A stretch of 64,000 bases of DNA from Pseudomonadota bacterium (GCA_038531165.1 JBCBBZ010000011.1:1028-65027), one strand, 5' to 3'; positions 1 through 9,534 are shown, numbered from the stretch's first letter. The notes: generated by a model not told the origin, from the sequence alone. Translations and numbers: made by a program.

Positions 1-112
1 CCTCCAACAGGTCGGGTCGAGCCCAAACTTCATCACAATACGGACAAGCCACCCAGTCTCGGTTGAGTTGTTCAACTGCAATGAGTCGGGATGGTCTAGA
101 TTGGACATTCAT
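1..112 (-). CDS. 5' end of a CDS that runs off the window (MNVQSRPSRLIAVEQLNRDWVACPYCDEVWARPDLLE...); possibly PqiA-like
   Basis: ATG at 112..110 on the minus strand, open to the window edge. Absent from the ORF track because it is too short in-window. The ACPYCD CxxC motif resembles the PqiA N-terminus only weakly. Confidence 0.25.
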   Translation of the reverse strand, partial: MNVQSRPSRLIAVEQLNRDWVACPYCDEVWARPDLLE

Positions 113-414
113 CCCCAAGTCCTCGGATTCCAGTTTCGCCAAATTTGAGACAAACAGTTTTTTTGGAACCCGCAAGTACACTCATCGCGCATCAAGCGTG
201 CGTTGATGCAAAGCCTCGGAAAATAGATGAGCCTCGGAGCATCAATTCGCGGCTCGAGCCAAGTTTGCAGCGCGAGTGAATGCGATGTCTCCCGTCAAGG
301 ACGCAATTGGCAAAACGCGATTAAATCGGCCGCTACGTCAGAAACGGGAGAGTGCTGATTGCAGTCACCTTGCCATTCATGAGATGAATGAGACTTCTGA
401 ACAAGGAGCCTCGA

Positions 415-1392
415 TCAGTAAAGTAGGCTTGCGCTAAAAGTCAGTTCCCAATCATTCCCGCCAGTTGCGGTTTCTACCAAACTGTAAGCGCCAATTCGAT
501 AAGACAGCGCCTTGTTTGATTTTAGAATAAACGTTTTACCTGCGCTCAGACCAACTGGTACTTCCCACTCATTTTCGTCGGCAGACCAATCATAGGTAAT
601 CGAATTATTGTAACCGAAGAACCAATCTCCAATTCCGGGGGTGTTCAGGTTGTAGAATACAATTGGTTGGATCGTGGAGGTACTATAGTCATCTTCTCCC
701 CAAAGGTGATTTACGATCGCGCCGTAAGTTAAAGGCCCTGAGGCACCGAAAGCTGCGGTAGCGACCCCGCCGCCCCACCCTGCTCCTTGAGTGGCGTCGT
801 CAGTATGAGTGTCTAATGACAATTGCGGACCAAACGCAAAAGTGAGCGGGCCGCTTTGATTGGATGGAATGACGAACGCCTGAAGGATCGTATCGCTGAT
901 CCCCCATTCGGTTTCTCGACCCGTGGGTGTTCCGTCTGGCACCGGCACGCCAAGAACGGGAATTACGCCCCGAAGTAGGACATTGCCCCAGTCTCTTTGA
1001 GCGACTGTCGCGATTGGCTGCACCTGAAAGTTATATAACGTGTCATCGCTCGATGGCCCGAATCCAATCGAGTTGCTGAGGAAAAACCCGTTTACCGCGG
1101 CAGTTGGATCTTGAGACTCTCGGGTTGCCTGGCAAACTTCATCACAATCCGATTGCGCCTGCTCTTGCGCGAATGCCGGCACAGCTGAGCACACGTGAAC
1201 GAGCGCTAATATCGCGCTCGATAGGAAATAGGGCTTGGTCCGATCGAAATTGTTCCGAACAATATCATCTGGTCTTTGCTCCCGCTGAACTGGTACAAGC
1301 TCTCGACGGGTGGATTGGCAATTCTGTTTCGATTTCGTTTTGTGGTTCTGCATGTTCGTCGTCGATCCTCGTATTTCTTCTTTCATCCGCAA
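415..1392 (-). CDS. Outer-membrane beta-barrel protein (uncharacterised transporter/MetA-pathway-like family)
   Basis: Signal-like segment LSSAILALVHVCSAVPAFAQ, Gly/aromatic-rich alternating strands, and a C-terminal ...TFSASLLY aromatic end. The true start is uncertain: there is no in-frame ATG just before the signal peptide. Confidence 0.55.
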   Translation of the reverse strand: MRMKEEIRGSTTNMQNHKTKSKQNCQSTRRELVPVQREQRPDDIVRNNFDRTKPYFLSSAILALVHVCSAVPAFAQEQAQSDCDEVCQATRESQDPTAAVNGFFLSNSIGFGPSSDDTLYNFQVQPIATVAQRDWGNVLLRGVIPVLGVPVPDGTPTGRETEWGISDTILQAFVIPSNQSGPLTFAFGPQLSLDTHTDDATQGAGWGGGVATAAFGASGPLTYGAIVNHLWGEDDYSTSTIQPIVFYNLNTPGIGDWFFGYNNSITYDWSADENEWEVPVGLSAGKTFILKSNKALSYRIGAYSLVETATGGNDWELTFSASLLY

Positions 1393-1662
1393 GGATGCAT
1401 TGACTAAGGCCGGTCTCGATCGGTCTTGGTCTTCCCGAAAGCGATAGCGTGATCAAATATCGAGGCCGCTCAAGACCCCTCAACGCGCAGCCAAAGCGCG
1501 TTTGCGAAATCCTGCACCGGAACAAACTCAAATATTGGGAATTTCTTCGCTTTCACCGCAAGCGCACAACACCTGCGCGCTGGGTCGAGTTAAATCACGC
1601 TTATTAGAATGATATGTTCTGCGTTTGGTGTCGTTTTATCATGCAAAAGGACCTGACGGAGC

Positions 1663-2265
1663 ATGCGCCTCGCAACGCAAATTGGAGTGATCCTCGCAAT
1701 GACATTGGGAATGTCCAGTAAAGCTCTAGCTGATGAGGCTTGCGAACAATTCATGGACGCGTCTGTTCAGAGCGCTTTGATCCAATTTGAGGATCGAACG
1801 TCAGATCACCTTAAAAGCTCGTTGCAAGATTTCGTTGTCGATAGGGTCGATATAGCGCGCATCGCCAGATTCACATTGGGCAAATACTCTCAACGCCAGT
1901 CGGATGCGAACATGCAGCGCTTGATCACTGCGCTTCAAGGCTATTTTGCTGACATGCTTTATAATTCGGTTTCCACTTCAAGCGGAGCAAGCGCGGAAAT
2001 TCTCGGATCGTATGACCGCCGGCCAACAGATTGCATAGTAGAGACAGTTTTTCATTTAGGTGATGCTGGCGATAGTGTTTTATTGTGGCGGGTCTTTCAT
2101 CAAGGAGAAGAATACAAGATCTATGATGTCGCCTTGCGCGACCGCGGAAACACACTCTGGTTGTCAATGGAGCTCAGAGCACAATTTGCATCTCTCCTCG
2201 ATCAAAGAAATGGCTCTATAGATTTGCTGATAGAAAATTTGGCCGCTCGAACCTCAGGATCCTAA
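1663..2265 (+). CDS. MlaC/Ttg2D-family periplasmic lipid-binding protein
   Basis: Signal peptide MRLATQIGVILAMTLGMSSKALA. YKIYDVAL...LWLSMELRAQFASLL...GSIDLLIENL fits the MlaC/toluene-tolerance pattern. Confidence 0.65.
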   Translation: MRLATQIGVILAMTLGMSSKALADEACEQFMDASVQSALIQFEDRTSDHLKSSLQDFVVDRVDIARIARFTLGKYSQRQSDANMQRLITALQGYFADMLYNSVSTSSGASAEILGSYDRRPTDCIVETVFHLGDAGDSVLLWRVFHQGEEYKIYDVALRDRGNTLWLSMELRAQFASLLDQRNGSIDLLIENLAARTSGS

Positions 2266-2814
2266 ATGAATATTCTCGCCTTTGCCGCTTCCAATAGTCG
2301 TCACTCGATCAATCGGGAGCTCGTTCAGTTCGCTGCAAATAAGTTGAAGTCAGACATTCTGCCAGATGCTGAGTTCCAGTTTGTGGATTTAAACAATTTT
2401 GAGATGCCCATTTATTCGATCGATCGCGAGCACGAACAAGGCATCCCTAAACAGGCAAGAGACTTTTTTGAGCGCATCGGCACTTCGGATGCAGTCTTGG
2501 TTTCCTTTGCCGAGCACAACGGAAATGTAACCGCAGCCTGGAAAAACATTTACGATTGGATGAGCAGAATTGACGCGAGGGTTTGGCAAGACAAACCCAT
2601 GGTCGTTATGTGCGCAACTCCTGGGAAGCGGGCCGGCGCGAGTGTCTTGGGATTGTTAGAAGCGCAGCTGCCATTCTTTGGAGGAAAAGCAATAGCTTTT
2701 TGTGGGATCGGATCGTGGAGCAACGTATGGAATCCGGACAAAAAAAAGCTTGAGGATGACCGCGATGAGGCCAGACTGCTCTCAGCGTTGAGTTTGCTGG
2801 CTGGTGAGATTTAG
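2266..2814 (+). CDS. NAD(P)H-dependent FMN reductase-like flavodoxin-fold oxidoreductase
   Basis: MNILAFAASNSRHSINREL N-terminus and overall length. The start directly abuts the upstream stop (taaATG), which suggests co-transcription. Confidence 0.65.
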   Translation: MNILAFAASNSRHSINRELVQFAANKLKSDILPDAEFQFVDLNNFEMPIYSIDREHEQGIPKQARDFFERIGTSDAVLVSFAEHNGNVTAAWKNIYDWMSRIDARVWQDKPMVVMCATPGKRAGASVLGLLEAQLPFFGGKAIAFCGIGSWSNVWNPDKKKLEDDRDEARLLSALSLLAGEI

Positions 2815-3467
2815 AGATCGAACACGCGATTTTGGTGCGCCACGCAAACCAGTCGGTTTCCCTTAGAAAGATGTGTTTCTGCTCAACTTGTGGAACCAAT
2901 CACTGGATTGTGGCCTGAAGAGAGCAAACTCGGGAATTCACCGTTGCGAAACCTGTTCCCCTGTTGTTCAAGCAGCACTTGCGACGAGGCGACAAAGTTT
3001 TGTTCTATGAAGCGAGGAGAGCAAAACGCGTCCCCACCAAGCACTACTGCGCGACAGCCAGACTTGGTCGTTAGAACTGGCGCCGCATTGGATTGAAACA
3101 ATGGCACCGTACAAATCTGCAGGGGCACGTCGTTCAGCGACGCATCTCCTGGTCTGCACCCTGAAAAGTGGTCCATGCTGGTCTTTTTTCGCTCTTGTCG
3201 GCGCCATCGCGACGCACCTGTTTTCGGGTGAGCCTTTCTCGGCGATGGCGGCATCAATTGTCTTCTGGATTCTGATTGTCGGTAGCTACACTCTGGAAAG
3301 GAATAACGCGTCAGATTCCACCGGCCCTCGATACTAAACGTCGATCCACGGCACTTTCCCGCTGATCCATCGCCACTCCGCCTAGTGGATCATTAAGCGA
3401 GCAGCTCATTGAGTAAGGAAGCTGCGAGTTCTCGCGAATACCTATCGCAGAAAGAAAGCTGCCTCGC

Positions 3468-4307
3468 TCAATCGGGACCTGCCACCGTATAAAATTGAAT
3501 GTAACTTGGTTTAGATTTCTGCCCGTCTCTCGCTTTTAAAGGTTGGTCGAATAAATCCGACAGCCGATTCCCCGCAATGTCTTCCAATACGGGATCAACT
3601 TTGATCGTATATTCGGCATCCTCCCAGGGTGTTTTCGGCGTGAAAGTCCATTCCCGTTCCTCAGCTCCGATATCGATCCGTCCGGGAATCGGCACGCCGG
3701 AAGAAGACAACACGCGTATTCGATATGCGAGTGATAAGTGATCAATCATCTCGTTTGTTTCGATTTTCAATCCATCGACGCTCTCCGCTCGGGGAGCGTT
3801 GATAGACCAAAGCAAAGGATTCGGAACAGAACTGTCTCGGCCGCTCACCCCAAAAAATTTTGAATGAGCTTCATCCAGAGCGCATCCCATTCTGTTCCTA
3901 GCCGAATTTCCGATCAAAAGCGTGTAGCGCTCATCTTCTTTCAATGCAGGACCAAGCATATCACTCGCGTGAAGACCTGTTTTAACTCTGCCCGGGTCCA
4001 TAAGCAGCGTCAGTCGCGTTCGATCTGGCGACCACAGGTCATCGGCTTTGAGAAAAGCTCCCTCCACCAGCCGCCCGTTTGCATCGTTCAATGAAATAGC
4101 TGGAAATACCGTGGCTTCATCCATGGGGGCGCTGAAATAGATGTAAAACCGCAATGTGTTTTGGGGTAGCCGATCTGATGACGGATACACCTCCATAACG
4201 CTCGGAGAAGCGTCGAGGGAGCAAGTATCAGGCCCCAGCTGCGCTTGAGCTGACGAAAGTATCAGCAAAGAAAGAGCAGCCAACAAGAATTGGCGCAATG
4301 CCATCAA
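3468..4307 (-). CDS. Secreted protein of unknown function, Ig-like (SbsA/Big_5-like) N-terminal region
   Basis: Signal peptide MMALRQFLLAALSLLILSSAQAQ. The pattern EVYPSSDRLPQNTLRFYIYFSAPMDEATV resembles Ig-like surface-layer-type domains. Confidence 0.5.
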   Translation of the reverse strand: MMALRQFLLAALSLLILSSAQAQLGPDTCSLDASPSVMEVYPSSDRLPQNTLRFYIYFSAPMDEATVFPAISLNDANGRLVEGAFLKADDLWSPDRTRLTLLMDPGRVKTGLHASDMLGPALKEDERYTLLIGNSARNRMGCALDEAHSKFFGVSGRDSSVPNPLLWSINAPRAESVDGLKIETNEMIDHLSLAYRIRVLSSSGVPIPGRIDIGAEEREWTFTPKTPWEDAEYTIKVDPVLEDIAGNRLSDLFDQPLKARDGQKSKPSYIQFYTVAGPD

Positions 4308-4321
4308 AACGTTTCAAGCCC

Positions 4322-5677
4322 CTAATTGCGAACAAGTTCCGGATAGCCCTCCATTGGCTTGACCATATTATGGAACATCTGTGTCATAGCTTGCCCGTCT
4401 GGATACTCGTAGTCCGGGAAGTTGTACTCACTCACAAAATCAGAAAGTCGGAAGTAGACCCCCTTCATTTGTGACACCAGTTCTACTTCACCAGAATCTA
4501 TATTTCTCTTGAGCATGAGAATGAATTGAGCATCTTGGACGTCCGCCTGTATGACGCCGCTTAAGGGGTGGCGAGTGTTATCAACTCCCATAGTGTCTCC
4601 GAGGCCCTTGAACGCGGTTGTGATACCCGGAGCAGCAGCCGCAGCAGCTAGATCTTCCATTCGAATGAGATTGGCGCTCATTTCGCGATTAATCACGAGC
4701 ACGAACTCTTCAGGCTGTTGGGTTTGCATATTCATCGTTGAGATCGATAGAACTTCAATTGGGACATTTCCGTATCCGAGCTCTGCGATCGTTTTGCCGA
4801 AAACATGTTCTCCATCTTGCAACGAAGCAGTCGGGATAGTGACCAATGGCGTACAAGTGTATGCGGCAATTAACGTGCGTTCGCCGTTAATCGTCGCGAC
4901 AGTCATGGCCCTGATTGGAGCTCGAGTTTCGTTTTGATTATGCGCTGTGTGGAACATCTCAATGCTGGAAGAGCTGACTTTTTCAGCGAACGGAAAGTCA
5001 ATAATCCGAAGCGTAGATGCAAACTCGCCGGTCGATAGCCCGGCAACGAGCAGCTTGCCATCGCTAAACTCTAAGTCAGTAACTGTCAGTGATGCCGCCG
5101 GGATTTCACGCCAAAAAACGATGTCTTCATTCGCCGGATCAGCGAGCTCGATCGTCTCATAGTCGAGTTCACCTGTATTGATGATTGATAGGGTTCCGGT
5201 TTGGTCTATTCTGATAAGCGCCGGAAAATCTTCAGTCCCCATCCGCACGGCAACACTCAGATAGGCCTCGGTAGAAATCGGATGAACCGCGAGATCGTTG
5301 TAAGTTATGTCCAAGGGCTGAACGTCAAAAAACTGGGATAGGTCCGTACCCAATGTCTCCAAATTGAAAGGAATTGGTTGATCTGGAGCTTTGCCGACAT
5401 TGCTGTCGCGAAGTTGAAATGCGTATACAGATTCTGTCTCATTGCTCGCAGCAAAGAGTGTATTGTCCGGCCCGAACTCAAGTTCGCTCAGCTCCGGTCC
5501 AGCCGCGAGTTTCATATCAGTTTCGGTTGTCGCTTGATCTATATTTTCAACGCGTTCAACCTCAGGAATCTCAACTGAACCTGCCCTTTCAGAATTCGTC
5601 GTCGGAGAACAACTGGCCGCACATAGCGCCCCTGCTGCGACAACCAATGGTACCCAAGCATTGTTGTTTTTAAGCAT
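4322..5677 (-). CDS. Lipoprotein of unknown function (possible beta-propeller)
   Basis: Lipobox ...AAGALCAASC. 451-aa ORF, 14 bp upstream of the 3468..4307 gene on the same strand. Confidence 0.5.
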   Translation of the reverse strand: MLKNNNAWVPLVVAAGALCAASCSPTTNSERAGSVEIPEVERVENIDQATTETDMKLAAGPELSELEFGPDNTLFAASNETESVYAFQLRDSNVGKAPDQPIPFNLETLGTDLSQFFDVQPLDITYNDLAVHPISTEAYLSVAVRMGTEDFPALIRIDQTGTLSIINTGELDYETIELADPANEDIVFWREIPAASLTVTDLEFSDGKLLVAGLSTGEFASTLRIIDFPFAEKVSSSSIEMFHTAHNQNETRAPIRAMTVATINGERTLIAAYTCTPLVTIPTASLQDGEHVFGKTIAELGYGNVPIEVLSISTMNMQTQQPEEFVLVINREMSANLIRMEDLAAAAAAPGITTAFKGLGDTMGVDNTRHPLSGVIQADVQDAQFILMLKRNIDSGEVELVSQMKGVYFRLSDFVSEYNFPDYEYPDGQAMTQMFHNMVKPMEGYPELVRN

Positions 5678-6059
5678 GATAACTGCTCCTTATTTCGCGC
5701 GAATGCTTCCGAGTTTACGTCTCAAGGTAAAAACATACAGGCCAAGAAACGCTGCAAAGACGCACTCCCGATGTGCGTTGGTCCAGGAGCGTATTTCAAA
5801 TGCTCTGAGTTCGACCCTGGATCAACCTGCGGGATCCCGTTAACGGCAATCAGGTTGGACTTGCACAAAGCCCTAAAAGATAGAGTTTTTTTGTGTTGGA
5901 AATTGACCCAGATCAATAATATTTATTCGCACCTCGTGTAAGAAATCGATCCACGAAATGCTCACACGCAGTTGGTCTCATTTGCCAAGGGGAAATTATG
6001 AGTTTTGGTCAAAACAACGAAGACGAGTCCGCACCAAAAGAAGAAGAAGGCTCAAAACT

Positions 6060-6869
6060 GGAAATGTCAGCGGAAAGTGAGCTTTAACCGCCCTGCTCTA
6101 ACGTGAGTTCATGACCAAGAACCCATTTCGCTATTTCAAAACGTCACCTGAAATCATCCAGCTTGCTGTGATGATGTACGTTCGATTTCCGCTTTCCCTC
6201 CGCAATGTCGAAGACCTGCTCCATGAGCGCGGGATAGATATCTGCCACGAAAGCGTTCGGACTTGGGTCGATCGATTTGGTCCAGTCTTCGCGGGTAAGA
6301 TCCGGACGAAGCGAGCTTCCTACATGCGTCAGCACACTCAATGGCAGTGGCACTTGGACGAGGTTTTCGTGAAGATAAATGGCGTGCAACACTTTCTCTG
6401 GCGCGCCGTCGATCACGAAGGCGAAGTCCTGGAAAGTTACGTTACCAAAACCCGGGATAAGCAGGCTGCACTTAGGTTTTTGAAGAAAACCATGAAACGA
6501 TATGGATCACCCAAGACGGTCATCACTGACCGACTTCGGTCTTACGGTGCAGCGATGAAAGAGATCGGAAACGAAGACCGCCAGGAGGTTGGTCGTCACC
6601 TCAATAATCGGGCTGAAAATAGCCACCTCCCATTCCGACGAAGAGAGCGGGCAATGTCTCGTTTCAGGCGAATGTCCAACCTACAGAAATTCGCTTCGAC
6701 CCACGCCTCATTCCACAATCACTTCAATCTAGATCGCCATATCAATCATCGCCAGACATTCAAATTGATGAGAAACGCCGCTCTCTCCGAATGGCGCCAA
6801 CTTCTGTCCGGATAAGCCCCGCTACCCAAGACGCTGCTGGAGACTAGTTCGCATTAGACTGACAGCACC
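6060..6869 (+). mobile_element. IS6-family insertion sequence, copy 1 (810 bp)
   Basis: Ends were defined by where three copies start and stop being alignable. IRL is GGAAATGTCAGCGGAAAGTG and the reverse complement of IRR is GGTGCTGTCAGTCTAATGCG (12/20 match). Single transposase ORF. Confidence 0.85.
6111..6815 (+). CDS. IS6-family DDE transposase
   Basis: 234 aa. MTKNPFRYFKTSPEIIQLAVMMYVRFPLSLRNVEDLL...WHLDEVFVKING...ITDRLRSYGAA...NNRAENSHLPFRRRER is the typical IS6/IS26-type transposase pattern. Confidence 0.9.
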   Translation: MTKNPFRYFKTSPEIIQLAVMMYVRFPLSLRNVEDLLHERGIDICHESVRTWVDRFGPVFAGKIRTKRASYMRQHTQWQWHLDEVFVKINGVQHFLWRAVDHEGEVLESYVTKTRDKQAALRFLKKTMKRYGSPKTVITDRLRSYGAAMKEIGNEDRQEVGRHLNNRAENSHLPFRRRERAMSRFRRMSNLQKFASTHASFHNHFNLDRHINHRQTFKLMRNAALSEWRQLLSG

Positions 6870-7727
6870 CTCTCGCCTGCTGCAGGCCCGACGATCACTC
6901 AGCTTGGCGACATCTGGCAAATCGGGTCTCACCGGCTGATTTGCGGTGATGCGCTAACGCCGGAGCTTTATGACCTCTTGCTGGAAGGCGGCAAAGCCGA
7001 TCTCGTCTTTACCGATCCGCCTTATAATGTGCCGATCGCAGGCCACGTGTCTGGCCTTGGCAAAAAGACACATGGTGAGTTTGCCATGGCCTCGGGCGAG
7101 ATGAGCCGGCCGCAGTTTGAACGCTTCTTGCGTTTAGCCTTCGCGCAGCTCGCCCGCGCTAGCCAAAACGGCTCTATCCATTTTGTCTGTATGGATTGGC
7201 GGCACATGCGCGAAGTTTTAGAGGCCGCAGACGGTGTTTACGCCGAGCTCAAAAATCTTTGCGTCTGGGCCAAGTCAAATGGCGGCATGGGCTCGCTCTA
7301 TCGCTCTCAACATGAACTGGTCTTTGTTTTTAAATCCGGCACTAAGCCTCACATCAACAATGTCAGCCTCGGCAAGCACGGGCGCAACCGCACAAATGTC
7401 TGGTCTTATGCCGGCGCCAATGCATTTAGCGAAACGCGCGCGGATGATTTGGCGATGCACCCGACAGTCAAACCGCTTGATCTGGTCAAAGACGCGATCC
7501 TGGATTGCTCGAAGCGCGGCGGCATTGTGCTCGATGCATTTGCTGGCAGTGGCACAACATTATTGGCTGCGCATCAAACTGGCCGCGTTGGCTGCGGTAT
7601 TGAGCTCGATCCGGCCTATTGCGACGTCATCCTTAAACGCTTTCTCGCCGCTGGCGTCGATGCTCAGCTTATTGGATCGGACGTCACCTTTTCCCGCGCG
7701 GTGAAGGGGGTCGATCATGTCGAGTGA
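6870..7727 (+). pseudogene. 5'-truncated beta-class (motif IV before motif I) N6-adenine/N4-cytosine DNA methyltransferase, ParB-methylase type
   Basis: The frame is open right up to the IS end (...LGDIWQIGSHRLICGDALTPELYDLL|LEGGKADLVFTDPPYNV). DPPY motif IV, then VLDAFAGSGTT motif I. The ParB-like N-terminal domain expected upstream of the GDxWxxGxHRLxCGD box is missing. Confidence 0.6.
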
Positions 7728-8400
7728 ATATGAAGTCGGATACGGCAAACCGCCAAAGCACACTCGGTTCAAAAAAGGCGAGTCCGGCAACCCGAATGGC
7801 CGACCTAAATCTTATAAGAGCGCAATTTCTGTTTTATCAGAACCGGTCTCGATGCAGGTTGAAGGCAAGGTCCGAAGAGTATCTGGATTTGAAGCCGCGT
7901 TTAGGAAGACCGCTCAAAATGCGATTGAAGGTAAAATGGTCTCAATCAAGCGGTTTATAAACCAGCTCGATAAGCTCAATTTATTGGATGAGCATGATGA
8001 CTTCCGGCCGCACGGCGTGGTGGTTATCCCCCGCGATTATGATGGCAAGAAAACACTTACCGACCTCGCCCGAGCCCAGCAGCGTGAACTGCGCAAGAAG
8101 ACCCGTGCTTCAAAAGCAGAACCAGAGCAGGTTCAAATTATAAGCAAGGTGGCGCACGAAAGGCATTATTTGCCTGCGCTCGAACGAAAGGTCAGTATTC
8201 TAGAACTGGTCTTGTTGAAGCTAAAAGAGCGCGCGCTCAAAGATCGCGTCGATGGCGCGCTCGCCTTCTTCGAGAAACTTGAGCTGAGACGGATGCCGGA
8301 TCTCAACGTGCCGGCCACAGGGTTCTTAGTCGTCCCGGAAGGCACGACACTCGAAACCACCCCGCTCATTGTCGAAGACGTCGAAGAAAACGAAGTCTAG
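7717..8400 (+). CDS. DUF5681-like phage/GTA-associated protein
   Basis: The N-terminal GYGKPPKHTRFKKGESGNPNGRPK box is typical of DUF5681. Overlaps the methylase stop by 11 bp. Confidence 0.55.
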   Translation: MSSEYEVGYGKPPKHTRFKKGESGNPNGRPKSYKSAISVLSEPVSMQVEGKVRRVSGFEAAFRKTAQNAIEGKMVSIKRFINQLDKLNLLDEHDDFRPHGVVVIPRDYDGKKTLTDLARAQQRELRKKTRASKAEPEQVQIISKVAHERHYLPALERKVSILELVLLKLKERALKDRVDGALAFFEKLELRRMPDLNVPATGFLVVPEGTTLETTPLIVEDVEENEV

Positions 8401-8425
8401 GCTGCGCCGAAACCTCCGTGATGGC

Positions 8426-9370
8426 TCACGCAGCGCGCGTCAGCACCCAATCGACCAAACCGGCATGGACCACGCGCTCCGCGAGCTCCGGGCCGGTCCA
8501 GACATGCATATTGTCATTTGCGACAAGCTCACCGCGCGGTGAGTGGCAGATGAAGAAACTTGTATCGGCCTGCATGTCGGCAAAGCGCATTGCATAATCG
8601 TCCAGCACGCTTTGATCGGCCGCTGACTTCACTTGCACAAACGCGCGCGCTTTAGTGGCGGGCTGCTCCAGAATGAGGTCAGTGTCTTTCTGCAAGCCGC
8701 CAAGTGCTGAAACCCGCACCCAGCCAAGGCGATTGAAGAGCAGATCTGTAAGCACCTCAAAGTCGGTCTCGTGAAGCGACTGGATGATGGGGAGCAAAGC
8801 CTCGACAAACGCGCCCTTAGCGGCCCTAGCGTGGATCACAGCGGGGTCTTCTTCGCCATTGATCAGCCTTACTGCATAGTCCTCAGCCTGCACCCTGCAG
8901 AGCGTCTGGCGATAGGCGGCGGTTTTGGTCAGTTTGCTTGAAATGTCGCTTATCACAAGCGAATGACCGAACCGGTCTGACGAACGCCAAGATCCGATCA
9001 CACGGCGGTAGCGAGATGCAGCGCCTTCGTTTGGCTGATCATGGAGAATGACATCAGCCTCCGCAAACGCCCACCAGAGCCGTCCCTGCGCGAAAGTGAT
9101 CCAAAGGCAATCGCTGCCTTGGCTGTAAAAGTCTTTGACCTCGCGCAGGAAATCGCTGGCTTTTGCGGGAGATGTGCCTGCGGACCAAACTGCGCGAACC
9201 GCGTCCCAATCGCCGGTCAGCGCTGCTTCATGCGGAACAACATGATGGCCGAAATCTATGCGGTCGTTTGCAAGGCAGTCTTCGAACCAGAGATTGTTGG
9301 GGCCAAGCTTTATGTATCTCACACACGCTGGCCTGATGGGGGCAAAATGAGGGGGCTCATCTTCAATCAT
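8426..9370 (-). CDS. Two-domain protein: uncharacterised N-terminal domain + C-terminal Mrr-like PD-(D/E)xK restriction-endonuclease fold
   Basis: C-terminus FEVLTDLLFNRLGWVRVSALGGLQKDTDLILEQPATKARAFVQVKS has the D...E-x-K (DLILEQ...VQVK) arrangement of Mrr_cat domains. Start taken at the ATG at 9370; the track starts at TTG 9391. Confidence 0.5.
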   Translation of the reverse strand: MIEDEPPHFAPIRPACVRYIKLGPNNLWFEDCLANDRIDFGHHVVPHEAALTGDWDAVRAVWSAGTSPAKASDFLREVKDFYSQGSDCLWITFAQGRLWWAFAEADVILHDQPNEGAASRYRRVIGSWRSSDRFGHSLVISDISSKLTKTAAYRQTLCRVQAEDYAVRLINGEEDPAVIHARAAKGAFVEALLPIIQSLHETDFEVLTDLLFNRLGWVRVSALGGLQKDTDLILEQPATKARAFVQVKSAADQSVLDDYAMRFADMQADTSFFICHSPRGELVANDNMHVWTGPELAERVVHAGLVDWVLTRAA

Positions 9371-9534
9371 GCCCCGTGTGGAGCCATGCAATCACGACGC
9401 AGTCAACGCTGGAGCATCGGATTTTTCTAGGCTTGCGAACTGGGTCTAGGCAATTGGTAGAATTCGATAATTCCCCAATATGGGAAAATTCCAGGACACA
9501 TTATGATAACGCTTTCCTTTTCAAGCAACAATCA

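Noticed and set aside
189-209. Inverted repeat GCATCAA-N7-TTGATGC in the first intergenic region
   Set aside because: It is a single occurrence with no following T-run (not a terminator) and no second copy to support an operator. I note it but do not consider it interpretable.
6052-6877. 8-bp target-site duplications flanking the IS6 copies, or flanking the whole 6060..41567 unit
   Set aside because: The flanks do not match: tcaaaact vs ctctcgcc; gtctggcg vs agttgaac; outer pair tcaaaact vs agttgaac. The inner pair ctctcgcc/gtctggcg matches at only 5/8. I therefore do not claim a recent simple transposition event.
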